DNA of 64,000 bases from Gammaproteobacteria bacterium (GCA_965277715.1 OZ255836.1:2688001-2752000); one strand, 5' to 3'. Positions 27,835-38,182 are shown, counted from the first letter of the stretch. Made by a program: numbers and translations. Notes: generated by a model not told the origin, from the letters alone.

Positions 27835-29334
27835 TTAAGAATTTATGTCGCTGGGTATCAGCAATGATTTTATCGACTGCCGCAACCCCTCGTCCAGATC
27901 GCTGGAAATCATACCAAAACCCAGCCGGTTTGCAGCATCGCCGTGTAGCCAGATAGCGGCATTCGCCGCTACAAAGGCGGGCATTCCTTGAGCAACCAGA
28001 CCGGCAACGATGCCAGCCAACACGTCACCGCTGCCTGCTGTTGCCAGCCACGGTGGCGAATTGTCTGAAACAGAAACCTCGCCCCCAGGGGTGGCCACTA
28101 CAGTATCCGGGCCTTTCAGAATAACGACAGCACCGCTTTTGTCGGCCGCAGCCCGCGCACGTTCAACCTTTGAACCATGAACACCTAAATCAGGAAACAA
28201 ACGCCCAAACTCACCACCATGCGGTGTAATAATTACCGGCTTGTTTGACGTTTTGATTGCTTCAAACAGCCTCTCTGGGTTTGCAGAAAACGCCGCTAAC
28301 CCCCCTGCGTCCAATATGGTTTTACGCTGCATTTCCAGAACCCTGATAACCATGCTTGCGGTATGCTTATCCGCTGGCAGACCGGGGCCAAGTGCCACAC
28401 AATTAAAGCGTTGGTCAGCGAGGATTTCCTGTACATCATGCGGGCTATCAGCCTTCTGAAGCATTACGGAGGTTAAATGGATGGCGTTCACAACCAGGGC
28501 ATCGACTGGGCTTGCAACGGTTACCAATCCCGACCCTGATCTTAGCGCAGCCAGCGCCAGCAATCTGGCAGCACCCGTTGATGTCATCGGCCCGGAAATT
28601 ACCAGCGTATGGCCGCGATGATATTTGTGCCCGGCAAGGGATGGTACGGGGTAATGCTTGCGCCAGTTTGCCGGTACGTTTTGAATGCCAGAAATGCCGG
28701 TTTGCTTAAGGGTTTCCGCTTTAATTCCTATTTGTTGAAGGAAGCGTTTTGCACAATAATGCCTGCCCGGCATCAGTATATGTCCGAGCTTGTATCGGAA
28801 AAAAGTAACAGTGCAGTGCGCCTTAACCGCACAGCCTTGTATCTGCCCGGTTTTCCCATCAACACCACTTGGCAAATCAATCGACAAAACCGGTTTTCCA
28901 CTCTCATTGATCGCTTTGATTATAGATGCAAAAGTCCCTTTGACTTCGCGGTCAAGCCCAGCGCCCAGAAGCGCGTCAACAATAACATCGGGCTCTGTAA
29001 AGTTTGGATAACCGCCAATCAATATGGATTTGTCGAGTTTGGCCAAAGCCCGTTCTGCATCGCCCGAGATGCTCTTTATGTCCCCGCAAATAAAAACTTT
29101 TATACGCCTGCCTTCATCAACAAGACGACGGGCGGTGACAAAACCGTCCCCACCGTTGTTTCCGGTACCACAAACAATCAGTATATTTTGAAATTCTGGA
29201 AACTGTTTCTTTAATACCTCAACTACGGCAAGTCCCGCATTTTCCATCAGCTCAATACCGGGTATTCCACCGTCGATTGTCAGTCGATCGGCTTTAGCCA
29301 TTTGGGCCGGTGTCAACAGTTCAGGCATGGGCAA
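27835..29334 (-). CDS. nnr: Bifunctional NAD(P)H-hydrate epimerase/dehydratase
   Basis: LMENAG, GNNGGDG, DLPSG, HKY.RG, TPH.GEF, LATAGSGDVLAG. Confidence 0.93.
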   Translation of the reverse strand: MPMPELLTPAQMAKADRLTIDGGIPGIELMENAGLAVVEVLKKQFPEFQNILIVCGTGNNGGDGFVTARRLVDEGRRIKVFICGDIKSISGDAERALAKLDKSILIGGYPNFTEPDVIVDALLGAGLDREVKGTFASIIKAINESGKPVLSIDLPSGVDGKTGQIQGCAVKAHCTVTFFRYKLGHILMPGRHYCAKRFLQQIGIKAETLKQTGISGIQNVPANWRKHYPVPSLAGHKYHRGHTLVISGPMTSTGAARLLALAALRSGSGLVTVASPVDALVVNAIHLTSVMLQKADSPHDVQEILADQRFNCVALGPGLPADKHTASMVIRVLEMQRKTILDAGGLAAFSANPERLFEAIKTSNKPVIITPHGGEFGRLFPDLGVHGSKVERARAAADKSGAVVILKGPDTVVATPGGEVSVSDNSPPWLATAGSGDVLAGIVAGLVAQGMPAFVAANAAIWLHGDAANRLGFGMISSDLDEGLRQSIKSLLIPSDINS

Positions 29335-29507
29335 TTGTTTGTCCTACATGTTTGTGATTTTGGTTCTTCCTCGGTTTGTGTGAGGTTATAGTATTTTATA
29401 CCCCTTTGCTATTTTGAGAGAACCCGGTGTTATCAAGCCTTGAGTAACACTACAGCCAGCTTCTAAGATATCCTCAATAGACGGTGTACTAATTTAGGAT
29501 TACCACT

Positions 29508-30896
29508 ATGCAGACACCTTTTTTTGCTGCCTTTTTTGCGGATATAGCCGCTGCTTTTTCAACGCCTACTCCCTTGCTGGTGGATACCACAGGCCGTGTT
29601 GCCTTTGAAGACTGTGGTGCGCTGGCCTCCTGGTACCCGGTCAATCAATTGGCCAGTGAGTCTGTCGGTGTGGCGGGGTTGGCACTGGCCCATTGGATGG
29701 CGACAGAGGGAGGTGCAATACCGGCGGTATGCGTTAATCGCCGTTTGGCATCACTGTGGTTCAGGTCTTCTGTGCAGGCAGTGGGCTGGCGGGTTCCGCC
29801 GATGTGGGGGGCGCTGTCTGGCGACTACCAAACCCGCGACGGGTGGATTCGTTTACATACCAATGCCCCTTTGCATCACGCGGCGGCGGTTGCTGTGCTT
29901 GGCGATGCCAAAGATGCTGATAAGGCGATGCAGTTGGTTTCGACCTGGTATGGCCAGGACCTTGAAGAGGCCATCGTTGCCGCCGGGGGGTGCGCGGCTG
30001 TTATGCACAGTACTGAATCCTGGTTGGCGCATGCACAAGGTAAGGCAATCGGTAGTCAGGCGCTGGTAGCGTGGGAGGCCAGCGGGGAAGTCAAGCCAGT
30101 GAAGTCTACTGTAAACCCGGCACGGCCTTTGCGCGGTATTCGCGTGCTGGATATGACCCGTATCCTGGCTGGCCCGGTGGCGACTCGCTTCCTGGCTGCC
30201 TGTGGTGCCGATGTATTGCGCATCGACCCGCCGGAGTGGGACGAACCAAGTATTGTCGCCGATATTACGGTGGGCAAACGGTGTGCCGGTCTCGACTTGC
30301 GCGCACCCGCCGACAGGCAGGTATTTGAGCGTTTACTGGCCACGGCGGATGTGCTGGTGCATGGCTACCGGCCCGAAGCTTTGGCGCGGCTGGGTTACAG
30401 TACTGCACAGCGCCAGGCGATCAACCCGGCGCTGATTGATGTAACACTGAATGCCTATGGCTGGGCTGGGCCGTGGGTGAACCGGCGGGGCTTTGACAGC
30501 TTAGTACAGATGAGCAGCGGGATAGCCGAATACGGTAGACGGCAAGAAGATAGCGAACGCCCCTTTCCCCTGCCAGCTCAAGCGCTGGATCACGCCACCG
30601 GCTATTTCATGGCAGCGGCGGTACTGCACGCACTGCGGGCGAGGCGGGAGGCCGGTATGGTGTATCGGGCCAGGTTATCCCTGGCGCGCACCGCGCACTT
30701 GTTATTACCGATGGGCCAATCGGTGTGCAATGCCGCCGGTGCAGCACCCGGTGATGATGACTACCGGGAGACGCTGGAACAAACCCCCTGGGGATCTGCA
30801 CGGCGGCTGCGGTTTCCACTGAGCGTGGCGGGTTTTTATCCCGGTTGGCACTATGCGGCGGGCGAGCTGCGCCGCCATGTTGCGGCGTGGCTTTAG
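29508..30896 (+). CDS. CoA-transferase family III (CaiB/BaiF-like)
   Basis: PLRGIRVLDMTRILAGP, GADVLRID, HGYRP, RRGFDSLVQ. Confidence 0.87.
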   Translation: MQTPFFAAFFADIAAAFSTPTPLLVDTTGRVAFEDCGALASWYPVNQLASESVGVAGLALAHWMATEGGAIPAVCVNRRLASLWFRSSVQAVGWRVPPMWGALSGDYQTRDGWIRLHTNAPLHHAAAVAVLGDAKDADKAMQLVSTWYGQDLEEAIVAAGGCAAVMHSTESWLAHAQGKAIGSQALVAWEASGEVKPVKSTVNPARPLRGIRVLDMTRILAGPVATRFLAACGADVLRIDPPEWDEPSIVADITVGKRCAGLDLRAPADRQVFERLLATADVLVHGYRPEALARLGYSTAQRQAINPALIDVTLNAYGWAGPWVNRRGFDSLVQMSSGIAEYGRRQEDSERPFPLPAQALDHATGYFMAAAVLHALRARREAGMVYRARLSLARTAHLLLPMGQSVCNAAGAAPGDDDYRETLEQTPWGSARRLRFPLSVAGFYPGWHYAAGELRRHVAAWL

Positions 30897-31090
30897 GTTA
30901 TAGAGAAATTAGCCTGAATGTTTCATACACCAGCGCTTGAGTGGTTCCAGATAGTAGTAAGCACCCTCTATACAAGCACTTATAAGGTGAATAATTCACT
31001 CATGCGGAATTTAGGTTAAATTGACCGGGGTTGCAAATGCTACCCCAGCCAATGGCCTATCGAAACACTGGGCGTCCTTATCCGGTGTCT

Positions 31091-31591
31091 TTATTCGACA
31101 ATGACGATGCCTTTCATGCCCGCATCGTAGTGGCCGGGAATCAGGCAGCCAAAGGCAAATTCACCCACCTCAGAAAACTGCCAGATTATTTCGCCGGTTT
31201 CCCCCGGTTTAACGTGCGCCATAAAAGGTTCATCGTGCTCCATGGTAGGGAATTTTTTCATCAGTTCAGCGTGTTCGTTGAGTGATGCCTGAGTGCCGAG
31301 CACAAATTCGTGCAGCAGTGCGCCAGAATTGCGCAGTGAAATTTTTAGCGTATCGCCTTTTTTGACTTTGAGCCGCGATGGTGTAAAGCGCATCAGATCA
31401 CTCATGTCCATTTCGATCACGCGGCTCTCTTTCAGGGTGGGTTGGTAGTTGCCAAATTCGACGCTGACCGCCTCATAGGTATTTTTCTTGTGTGTTTCGC
31501 CGCTGTGCGCATACACAGCGGATGTGCCAAAGCCCAGGCTGCCAAACAGCAGCAGGGACAGTAATGCAGTGTTGAAAGGGGGGGATTTCAT
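31091..31591 (-). CDS. Periplasmic cupredoxin (blue copper) protein
   Basis: Signal peptide, MRFTP, HEFVLG, CLIPGHYDAGM; start placed at MKSPP. Confidence 0.88.
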   Translation of the reverse strand: MKSPPFNTALLSLLLFGSLGFGTSAVYAHSGETHKKNTYEAVSVEFGNYQPTLKESRVIEMDMSDLMRFTPSRLKVKKGDTLKISLRNSGALLHEFVLGTQASLNEHAELMKKFPTMEHDEPFMAHVKPGETGEIIWQFSEVGEFAFGCLIPGHYDAGMKGIVIVE

Positions 31592-31607
31592 GGTGTTTTC
31601 CTCGTTA

Positions 31608-32906
31608 TTAAACAGAGTCGGCATCGACTTCGTAGGCAACAGTGCCAGGGGGGTGTTGATACCAGCCGGGGTCGGTGTAGTCACCGGGTTTTTGGTCTGG
31701 ACGTATTTTCAAAACGGTGAACATGCCACCCATCTCGATGGGGCCGAATTGCCCCTCGCCGGTCATCATGGGCAGGGTGTTTTGTGGCAGGGGCATAACC
31801 ATCTCGCCCATATCCGCCATGCCGCGCTCACCCATTATCATATAGCCGGGCAGGAGTTCACTAAGGCTGCGGTGTACCGGGCGTTGGTCGACGCCAATCA
31901 TATTTGGTACATCATGGCCCATGGCGTTCATGGTGTGGTGTGATTTGTGGCAGTGCATAGCCCAGTCGCCCTCAGCGTCAGCCTCTGCGGTAAATTCAAT
32001 GGCGCGCATTTGGCCTATGGCGATATCGGTGGTGACTTCCGGCCAGCGTGCAGCGGGGTTGACCCAGCCACCATCGGTGCCGGTGACTTCAAATTTGAGA
32101 CCGTGGATGTGGATCGGGTGGTTGGTCATGGTGAGATTGCCCATACGCACGCGCACGCGCTCACCTGTGCGACACACCAAGTGATCAATACCGGGAAACA
32201 CACGGCTGTTCCAGGTCCAGATATTGAAGTCCACCATGGTGTTGATTCGTGGAGTCATGGTGCCGGGGTCGATGTCGTAGGCGCTCATTAAAAAACAGTA
32301 GTCCCGGTCGACGGCGTGCTGTTGTGGGTTTTTGGGGTGGACGACGAAAAAACCCATCATGCCCATAGCCATTTGTACCATCTCATCGGCGTGGGGGTGG
32401 TACATAAAGGTGCCCGAATGGCGCGTGACGAATTCGTAGGCGAAGGTTTTACCAGGTGGAATTTGCGGTTGGCTGAGACCGCCCACACCGTCCATACCGC
32501 TGGGGAGTAACATGCCGTGCCAGTGAATGGTGGTGTGTTCGGGCAATCGGTTGGTGACGTAGATGCGCACTTTATCCCCTTCTACGCACTCAATCGTCGG
32601 GCCGGGTGCCTGGCCATTGTAACCCCACAGGCGCACGTCCATACCGGGAGAGAATTCACGTTCGATGGCTTCGGCAGTGAGGTGAAATTCTTTCCAGCCA
32701 TTGCGCATACGGTAGGGGAGTGACCAGCCGTTGAGCGTGACGACTGGGCGATACCAGGGGCCACTGCCCGGCTCATCCGGTGGTTGCATGGTTGCGTTGC
32801 TGACACTGGGTGATTCGGGTAGGGCGCCGAGCGCCGAGCGATTGACGAAACCGGCGCCCAGTGCGAGCGCGCCAGCGTGGCTTAAAAATTGTCTGCGTGT
32901 TGTCAT
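31608..32906 (-). CDS. Tat-exported multicopper oxidase (copper-resistance type)
   Basis: TRRQFL Tat motif; HWHG, YHPH, HPIHIHG, HCHKSHH copper ligands. Confidence 0.92.
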   Translation of the reverse strand: MTTRRQFLSHAGALALGAGFVNRSALGALPESPSVSNATMQPPDEPGSGPWYRPVVTLNGWSLPYRMRNGWKEFHLTAEAIEREFSPGMDVRLWGYNGQAPGPTIECVEGDKVRIYVTNRLPEHTTIHWHGMLLPSGMDGVGGLSQPQIPPGKTFAYEFVTRHSGTFMYHPHADEMVQMAMGMMGFFVVHPKNPQQHAVDRDYCFLMSAYDIDPGTMTPRINTMVDFNIWTWNSRVFPGIDHLVCRTGERVRVRMGNLTMTNHPIHIHGLKFEVTGTDGGWVNPAARWPEVTTDIAIGQMRAIEFTAEADAEGDWAMHCHKSHHTMNAMGHDVPNMIGVDQRPVHRSLSELLPGYMIMGERGMADMGEMVMPLPQNTLPMMTGEGQFGPIEMGGMFTVLKIRPDQKPGDYTDPGWYQHPPGTVAYEVDADSV

Positions 32907-32934
32907 AATAATATTCCGGTTAGATGCAAGCCCT

Positions 32935-34344
32935 TTAGTGGGCTTCGCCGCCTACGCTGCTGGGCCGGGCGGTGTCACTGTCAAAATTCATGGTCATGGT
33001 GTTGTCATTGCCGATCAGCGCCTGTTTAAGCGCGGTGTCTGCCAGCCAGAAATCGCGTGTGGCGTCGACGTAACCGGCGGCGATGCCAGTGGCTTCACGG
33101 GCATCGTCGAGCAGGTCAAAAACACTGATTAGCATGCCGTTGTAGCGCAGTAGTTGCTCCTGGCTGATGCGCTGGCGCAATGGCAGTAGCTGGCGCTGAT
33201 AGAAACGCGCAATTTCCCAGGCGCTTTGGTAACCTGCCATGGCTTCACGGGCGCGTGAAACAGCGTTGATGGTGGTTGCCTCTGCCTGGGCCTGTGCCTG
33301 TTCAAAGAGTATTTTTGCCTTGTCATTTTTTACGCCCCCGGCGTCAAAAATGGGCAGCTTCCACTCGATTTCAAAGCCGCGCTCGGTCTCATCGTCGACA
33401 CGTTCTACCACCGGCCCGGCTTCGAGTACGCTGATAAAGGCGTTGCTACGTGTCAGGTCGAGGTTGCTGGCCATGGCCTCAAGGTTCATCTTGGCCATTT
33501 GCACATCAAGGCGTTGCAGTACTGCCTGTCGTTCGATGCTGTCGATTGCCAACGGTGTTTCCGGCAGGGTGGGAAGGCGCGATGGCAGGGACAATTGCTG
33601 TGCCTGTTCACCCCATAATCCAAGCTGGCGGATCAAGGATTCTCTGGCTGCGCCCTCGCGCAGTTGCTGCTTCGATAGGCTGGCTTTTAACTCGCCGAGA
33701 AACGCCTCTGAGCGCGCCGCATCCAGTACGCTGCTGTGGCCGATGGCACTCATCTGCCGGGTCAGGCTGTTGGCGGTTTGTGCCGCTTCGACCGCTCGCC
33801 GCACCAGCTCGGTGTGCTGGCGTTGGCTGACTGCCTGAATCCAGGCATTGCGGGTGTCCGCCAGGTAGTCGAGCACGGCGCCGGCGGCTACATAGCGCGC
33901 CTGTTCGAGGCGGCGTGCCGCCACCTGGCGGCGCAGTGGAATGAGAAACAGGCCATTGAGATCAAACAGCAGTGTCGAGTCGAATTCCCCGCCGGGAAAC
34001 TGCTCGTAGCTCAGGGTGGGGTTGGGTAGCCGCCCGGCTTGCGCGTAGTCGGCTTCGGCGACGCCAACACTCCACAGATTGGCCCTTAGCATAGGGTTTT
34101 TCTGTAGGGCGATTTTTTCAGCATCGAGCAAATCGAGTGGTTTGGCGAGTAAGTTGTCAACGACCTGTTGGCTGAGTGTTGATACCAGCCCCGGTTTTGG
34201 CAGCGCCTGTGCCAAATGGGTCTTGTTTTCCAGCAATGGTTCCAGTTGGCCGATGCCGTAGTCTTTCGGCACGCTGGTGCAGGCGGTCAGCACAGACAGT
34301 ATCAGCAATACACAAAAGCGCCTGGGGAGTATGCGCAACATCAT
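32935..34344 (-). CDS. TolC-family outer-membrane lipoprotein, copper-associated
   Basis: Lipobox LTAC, QAGRLPNP, LPIFD, RYNGMLISVFDLL, RDFWLA. Confidence 0.87.
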   Translation of the reverse strand: MMLRILPRRFCVLLILSVLTACTSVPKDYGIGQLEPLLENKTHLAQALPKPGLVSTLSQQVVDNLLAKPLDLLDAEKIALQKNPMLRANLWSVGVAEADYAQAGRLPNPTLSYEQFPGGEFDSTLLFDLNGLFLIPLRRQVAARRLEQARYVAAGAVLDYLADTRNAWIQAVSQRQHTELVRRAVEAAQTANSLTRQMSAIGHSSVLDAARSEAFLGELKASLSKQQLREGAARESLIRQLGLWGEQAQQLSLPSRLPTLPETPLAIDSIERQAVLQRLDVQMAKMNLEAMASNLDLTRSNAFISVLEAGPVVERVDDETERGFEIEWKLPIFDAGGVKNDKAKILFEQAQAQAEATTINAVSRAREAMAGYQSAWEIARFYQRQLLPLRQRISQEQLLRYNGMLISVFDLLDDAREATGIAAGYVDATRDFWLADTALKQALIGNDNTMTMNFDSDTARPSSVGGEAH

Positions 34345-35099
34345 GGCTTTTCCTCCGCGTTTGCCGTGGGAGTGGCGATATTGGTGATGACAAATCCACC
34401 CGCACTGTTGTCGATGTCAAAGTCGATTTCAGTACCTTGTTGTACGCCTTCCAGCAGAGCGGGGTCACTGACCTGAAACATCATGGTCATTGCGGGCATA
34501 CCGTATTTCTCGACTGGGCCATGTTGAATTTTGATCTTGCCCTGCTCGGCGCGTATCAACTTGACGATGCCTCTGGCGTCACTTTGTCGGCTTGCTGTCG
34601 TTAAGTGGGTGACAACAAACCCGCCACTGTCATTGTCGATGTTAAAACCAATCTCATCACCCACGGTCAGCCCCTGTAATAAGGCGGGGTCACGGGCGGT
34701 AAATAACATCGTCATCGCGGGCATGCCGTACTTTTCGACTGGGCCGTGCTGGATTTTAATTTTCCCCTGATCGACGCGTAGGTTTTTAATGACACCACGC
34801 GCATCACTACCGTTACCACTGGGTTTGGTGGGCACCTCGATCATTAGCAGTGGTTCAGGAGTGGGCAGTGAGTGTGCGCTGTTAAAGCGTTCATCACCGT
34901 TAAAGCGGGTTTTCCAGGGGAGTCGTGTATCGAGTGGTATAACCGGTTCGGTAAAAACGGTTTGGTATACCGTGCTACTGGTATGTGAGTCGGCGTGCAA
35001 TACCGGGGGGGCATGTTGGCCAATGGCTATGCTGACCGGTATGCTCGATGCTGCCAGCAGAATACTGCCGCAGATTAATTTTTTGGGTGTCGTGATCAC
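34341..35099 (-). CDS. Periplasmic copper-binding protein with two tandem CusF domains
   Basis: Two copies of GKIKIQHGPVEKYGMPAMTM.F; start placed at GTG 35099 after a GAGG SD. Confidence 0.85.
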   Translation of the reverse strand: MITTPKKLICGSILLAASSIPVSIAIGQHAPPVLHADSHTSSTVYQTVFTEPVIPLDTRLPWKTRFNGDERFNSAHSLPTPEPLLMIEVPTKPSGNGSDARGVIKNLRVDQGKIKIQHGPVEKYGMPAMTMLFTARDPALLQGLTVGDEIGFNIDNDSGGFVVTHLTTASRQSDARGIVKLIRAEQGKIKIQHGPVEKYGMPAMTMMFQVSDPALLEGVQQGTEIDFDIDNSAGGFVITNIATPTANAEEKP

Positions 35100-35215
35100 C
35101 TTGATATCCTCTTGAATCGATTGGGTGCCAGCGGTCAACCAAACCATTGACGGCTTGGCATGGGCCAGCAATCGGTAAACGCTACACAGGGCTGTGCGCC
35201 GAGCAGCGTGGGATA

Positions 35216-35569
35216 TCAGCTTTGAGGGGGGCGTTCGAGCCTTGAGATAAACCGTGTGGGCCTGCCAGGTAGGTAAACCGCCAACGGATTTATGCCAGAG
35301 GTGGGGGTTGATAGCGGTTCGGGCGGTGAGATAAACACCGTTGAGCCGACACAGTGATCCAGGCACATATTGCATTCGTCGCAGTCGAGATGCATAGAAG
35401 CGGGGAAGGCGTCATCAAACTCCACGCAGTGGGCGTTTGTGGGGGTGTCACTGGCAGGCAGTAAGGTAGGTGTTGCCAACAAGGGCGCGGCGAATAGCAG
35501 CACAGCGAGCAGGGTGCACAGGTCTTTGTGCCCTCTGGTTGCTGAAAAAAGGTGCTGTAAACCCATCAC
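35216..35569 (-). CDS. Small Cys/His-rich exported protein (CopL/DUF2946-like)
   Basis: Signal-like segment, HC..HLDCDECNMCLDHC, C-terminal RPP; first gene of the copper cluster. Confidence 0.6.
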   Translation of the reverse strand: MMGLQHLFSATRGHKDLCTLLAVLLFAAPLLATPTLLPASDTPTNAHCVEFDDAFPASMHLDCDECNMCLDHCVGSTVFISPPEPLSTPTSGINPLAVYLPGRPTRFISRLERPPQS

Positions 35570-35618
35570 TTTTGAAAAGCCATTGTTTATTTAATCATCA
35601 GAATGATACAGCTGTGTT

Positions 35619-35927
35619 GTGATGCGTCAAGTGCGGAAGCCGTTACGTTACGGCAAGGCCGCTGCACCGGTTGTTGTCAACAATAGATCGGCTTTTGACT
35701 GTGGTGACGAGGCGTTAAACCTTTTTTTGCAGCGCCACGCCAGACAAAGCCATGAAAAAGGCAGTGCTAAAAGTTACCTCGTTATCGACGACGAGGATAA
35801 CAAAACCGTTTTAGGCTATTACAGTGTCAGCTCAGCCTCTATTACTTATGAACGTACACCGGCAGTAGTCAAGCGCAGTCTGGCCCGGTATGAAATACCG
35901 GTATTCCTTTGGATGATGCGCCGCTGA
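35619..35927 (+). pseudogene. Truncated GNAT acetyltransferase (toxin-antitoxin toxin type)
   Basis: FDCGDEALN.FL..HARQ..K.Y..VLGYY..S..RYEIPVF, ending before the acetyl-CoA-binding RLAV..QG.G motif. Confidence 0.75.
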
Positions 35928-36052
35928 CTTTGCTACTGCCCTTCAGTACTATCCATGCCGTGTTGGCATCGACCAGCAAGCTATGATAAGCCTCTCTGCC
36001 TCTATAAAGCTATCCGGGTCGGAGTGCGCGAACAAATAAAGGGTACTGACCC

Positions 36053-37581
36053 CAATACCGCTACCTCAGCCTGGTGAAGAACTAAAATAACGTTAAAAGT
36101 CATATAGATGGGTAACGTTAGGTTTCCTTTTGAAGTATCCTTGTAAGCGACAAAACACACAAGTACTTCGCCAAAAAACCTAACGCTGACCTATTCTATG
36201 AAATTCGCTATCCGACAGCAAATTAAAACGATCAAATGTGTTTTTTTTCAGTTAAACACAGGAGACTTTAATAATTTACTCTGTTCCAAGCGTCTAAACG
36301 ACCTAAGCGAACTATCGGGCAGCTATCGAGACCGGGTATTCACCCCACTTGTTACACTGCGTTTATTTCTCTGGCAGGTGTTAAGTGATAATGGCAGTTG
36401 TAAAGAAACAGTCGCCCGTCTGCTAGTTGATCGTTTACAGGAAAACCTGCTTCCAAGTTCTTTTAATAGCGGTCCTTACTGTAAAGCCCGTCAACGTTTA
36501 TCTCTGTCGTGGGTACTTCAGGAGGTACGTTCAATCGGTTCAACGTTACATGCCAGAGCAGGTAAAATTTGGACATGGAAAGGGTATAATGTGGTGCTTG
36601 TGGATGGAACCACTGTTCTCATGCCTGATACCCAGAAAAATCAACATAAATACCCCCAGCAACAGACTCAAAAACCGGGTTTAGGTTTTCCTATTGCTCG
36701 AATAGTCGGACTCATTTCTTTAAGTTCTGGCGCTATTATTGATTATGCAATGGGAGAGTATCAAGGAAAGGGAACAGGGGAAATGTCATTATTCAGTACC
36801 CTGATGACGTCATTAACCGCCAATGATCTGTTACTGGCAGACCGCTATTACTGTACTTATGCTGTCTTAGCGGCTCTACAATCGAAAGGGGTTGCATTCG
36901 TCTCAATGAATCACGCACAAAAGAAAGCGGATTACAAAACAGGGTTAACGCTTGGTGCAAAAGATCATCTTATCGAGTGGGAAAAACCTAAAAGAAAACC
37001 GGTTTGGATGTCGCAATCAGACTTTGATCTATTGCCGAAAACCCTGACAGTTCGAGAATTTTCAGTGGATGGGACAGTCTATGTTAGCACTTTGTTGGAG
37101 GTTGATACTTACCCTAAGAAAGAGCTTTCAACACTGTATAAGGAACGTTGGAAAGTTGAATTGGATTTTCGTACAATTAAAACAGATTTGAAAATGGATA
37201 TGTTGCGATGCCATTCACCCGAGATGGTTGAAAAAGAAATAGCAACAACCTTTATGGCTTATAACCTGATTCGGGGTAGCATGGCAGAGTCAGCAAAAAC
37301 AGAGGGTGAAATAGCACGTCAAATAAGTTTTAAGGCAACGGTACAGCTACTGGGTATTGCTCATATTAAATTCATCCATTCAACATCCAGTATGATACAA
37401 AAAGCGTACACTTCCTTATTAAGGATAATCGCTTCAACGTTAATTGGCAGGAGAAAACGATCACCCCAACCAAGGGCAATTAAACGACGACCAAAAGCCT
37501 ACCCACTGTTAACTGAACCTCGTATCAAGGCCTCTCAGAGACTAAAAGATTCATTGGGTTAAACCTGAGGTAGCGGTATTG
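36053..37581 (+). mobile_element. IS4-family insertion sequence, 1529 bp, with 11-bp target duplication
   Basis: Perfect 17-bp inverted repeats CAATACCGCTACCTCAG / CTGAGGTAGCGGTATTG; GGTACTGACCC at 36042-36052 and 37582-37592. Confidence 0.95.
36198..37562 (+). CDS. IS4-family transposase
   Basis: YCKARQRL, VDGTT, ADRYY, LYKERWKVELDFRTIK (YREK signature). Confidence 0.95.
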   Translation: MKFAIRQQIKTIKCVFFQLNTGDFNNLLCSKRLNDLSELSGSYRDRVFTPLVTLRLFLWQVLSDNGSCKETVARLLVDRLQENLLPSSFNSGPYCKARQRLSLSWVLQEVRSIGSTLHARAGKIWTWKGYNVVLVDGTTVLMPDTQKNQHKYPQQQTQKPGLGFPIARIVGLISLSSGAIIDYAMGEYQGKGTGEMSLFSTLMTSLTANDLLLADRYYCTYAVLAALQSKGVAFVSMNHAQKKADYKTGLTLGAKDHLIEWEKPKRKPVWMSQSDFDLLPKTLTVREFSVDGTVYVSTLLEVDTYPKKELSTLYKERWKVELDFRTIKTDLKMDMLRCHSPEMVEKEIATTFMAYNLIRGSMAESAKTEGEIARQISFKATVQLLGIAHIKFIHSTSSMIQKAYTSLLRIIASTLIGRRKRSPQPRAIKRRPKAYPLLTEPRIKASQRLKDSLG

Positions 37582-37672
37582 GGTACTGACCCCAATACCC
37601 TGACCCCAATACCTGAAAAGGTATACCAAGATGATATACTCCGCGCCGCTTTGAATAACCCGGATTGATTGT

Positions 37673-38182
37673 GTGAATACCCTTGATTCCCCCCATTACA
37701 CCACTATTGGAGTGATCGCTGCCCTGTGGGGTGTCGGTGGGTTTCTACTGCTGTTGTTGTTTGCCATTTATCGGTTGACGCCTATCGCGCTGCAAGCATT
37801 TGAGAGCACGTTGTACTGGTATCAATGGCTGTTGTTGTTTGCCAATGGGCTTTTTATGGCGTACAGCGAAGGGTATCGCGGGTTTCAAAAGGGCTACTCA
37901 CCGCGTTTGGTTGCGCGTGCGCAGTCGCTGTTGCACGACACGACATTTATCAATCGAATCTTTGCGCCCCTGTTTTGTATGGGGTACTTCTCTGCTGAAA
38001 AGCGCCGGGTTGTCAGTACCTGGCTGCTCACTCTGATGATTGTTGTGCTGATTATTGTGTTTCATCAGTTACCACAACCGTGGCGTGGTTTGCTCGATGC
38101 CGGTGTGGTCGTGGGGTTGAGTTGGGGGGCGGTGGCGACGTTGCTGTGTGCCGTATCAGGCGGGCTGATGGTAAGAAAATAA
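37673..38182 (+). CDS. Conserved hypothetical membrane protein
   Basis: Four TM segments; FMAYSEGYRGFQK..SPR, APLFCMG, QPWRG..DAGVV. Confidence 0.75.
   Translation: MNTLDSPHYTTIGVIAALWGVGGFLLLLLFAIYRLTPIALQAFESTLYWYQWLLLFANGLFMAYSEGYRGFQKGYSPRLVARAQSLLHDTTFINRIFAPLFCMGYFSAEKRRVVSTWLLTLMIVVLIIVFHQLPQPWRGLLDAGVVVGLSWGAVATLLCAVSGGLMVRK

Noticed and set aside
30976-31021. dif-like fragments (TTATAA-GGTGAA; TTAGGTTAAAT) at the copper cluster edge
   Set aside because: The arms are not in the 11-6-11 arrangement
35100-35375. Long N-terminal extension of the CusF ORF, and similar extensions on livF, livG, livM and uraD
   Set aside because: Overlap upstream genes or lack an SD; internal starts fit family lengths better
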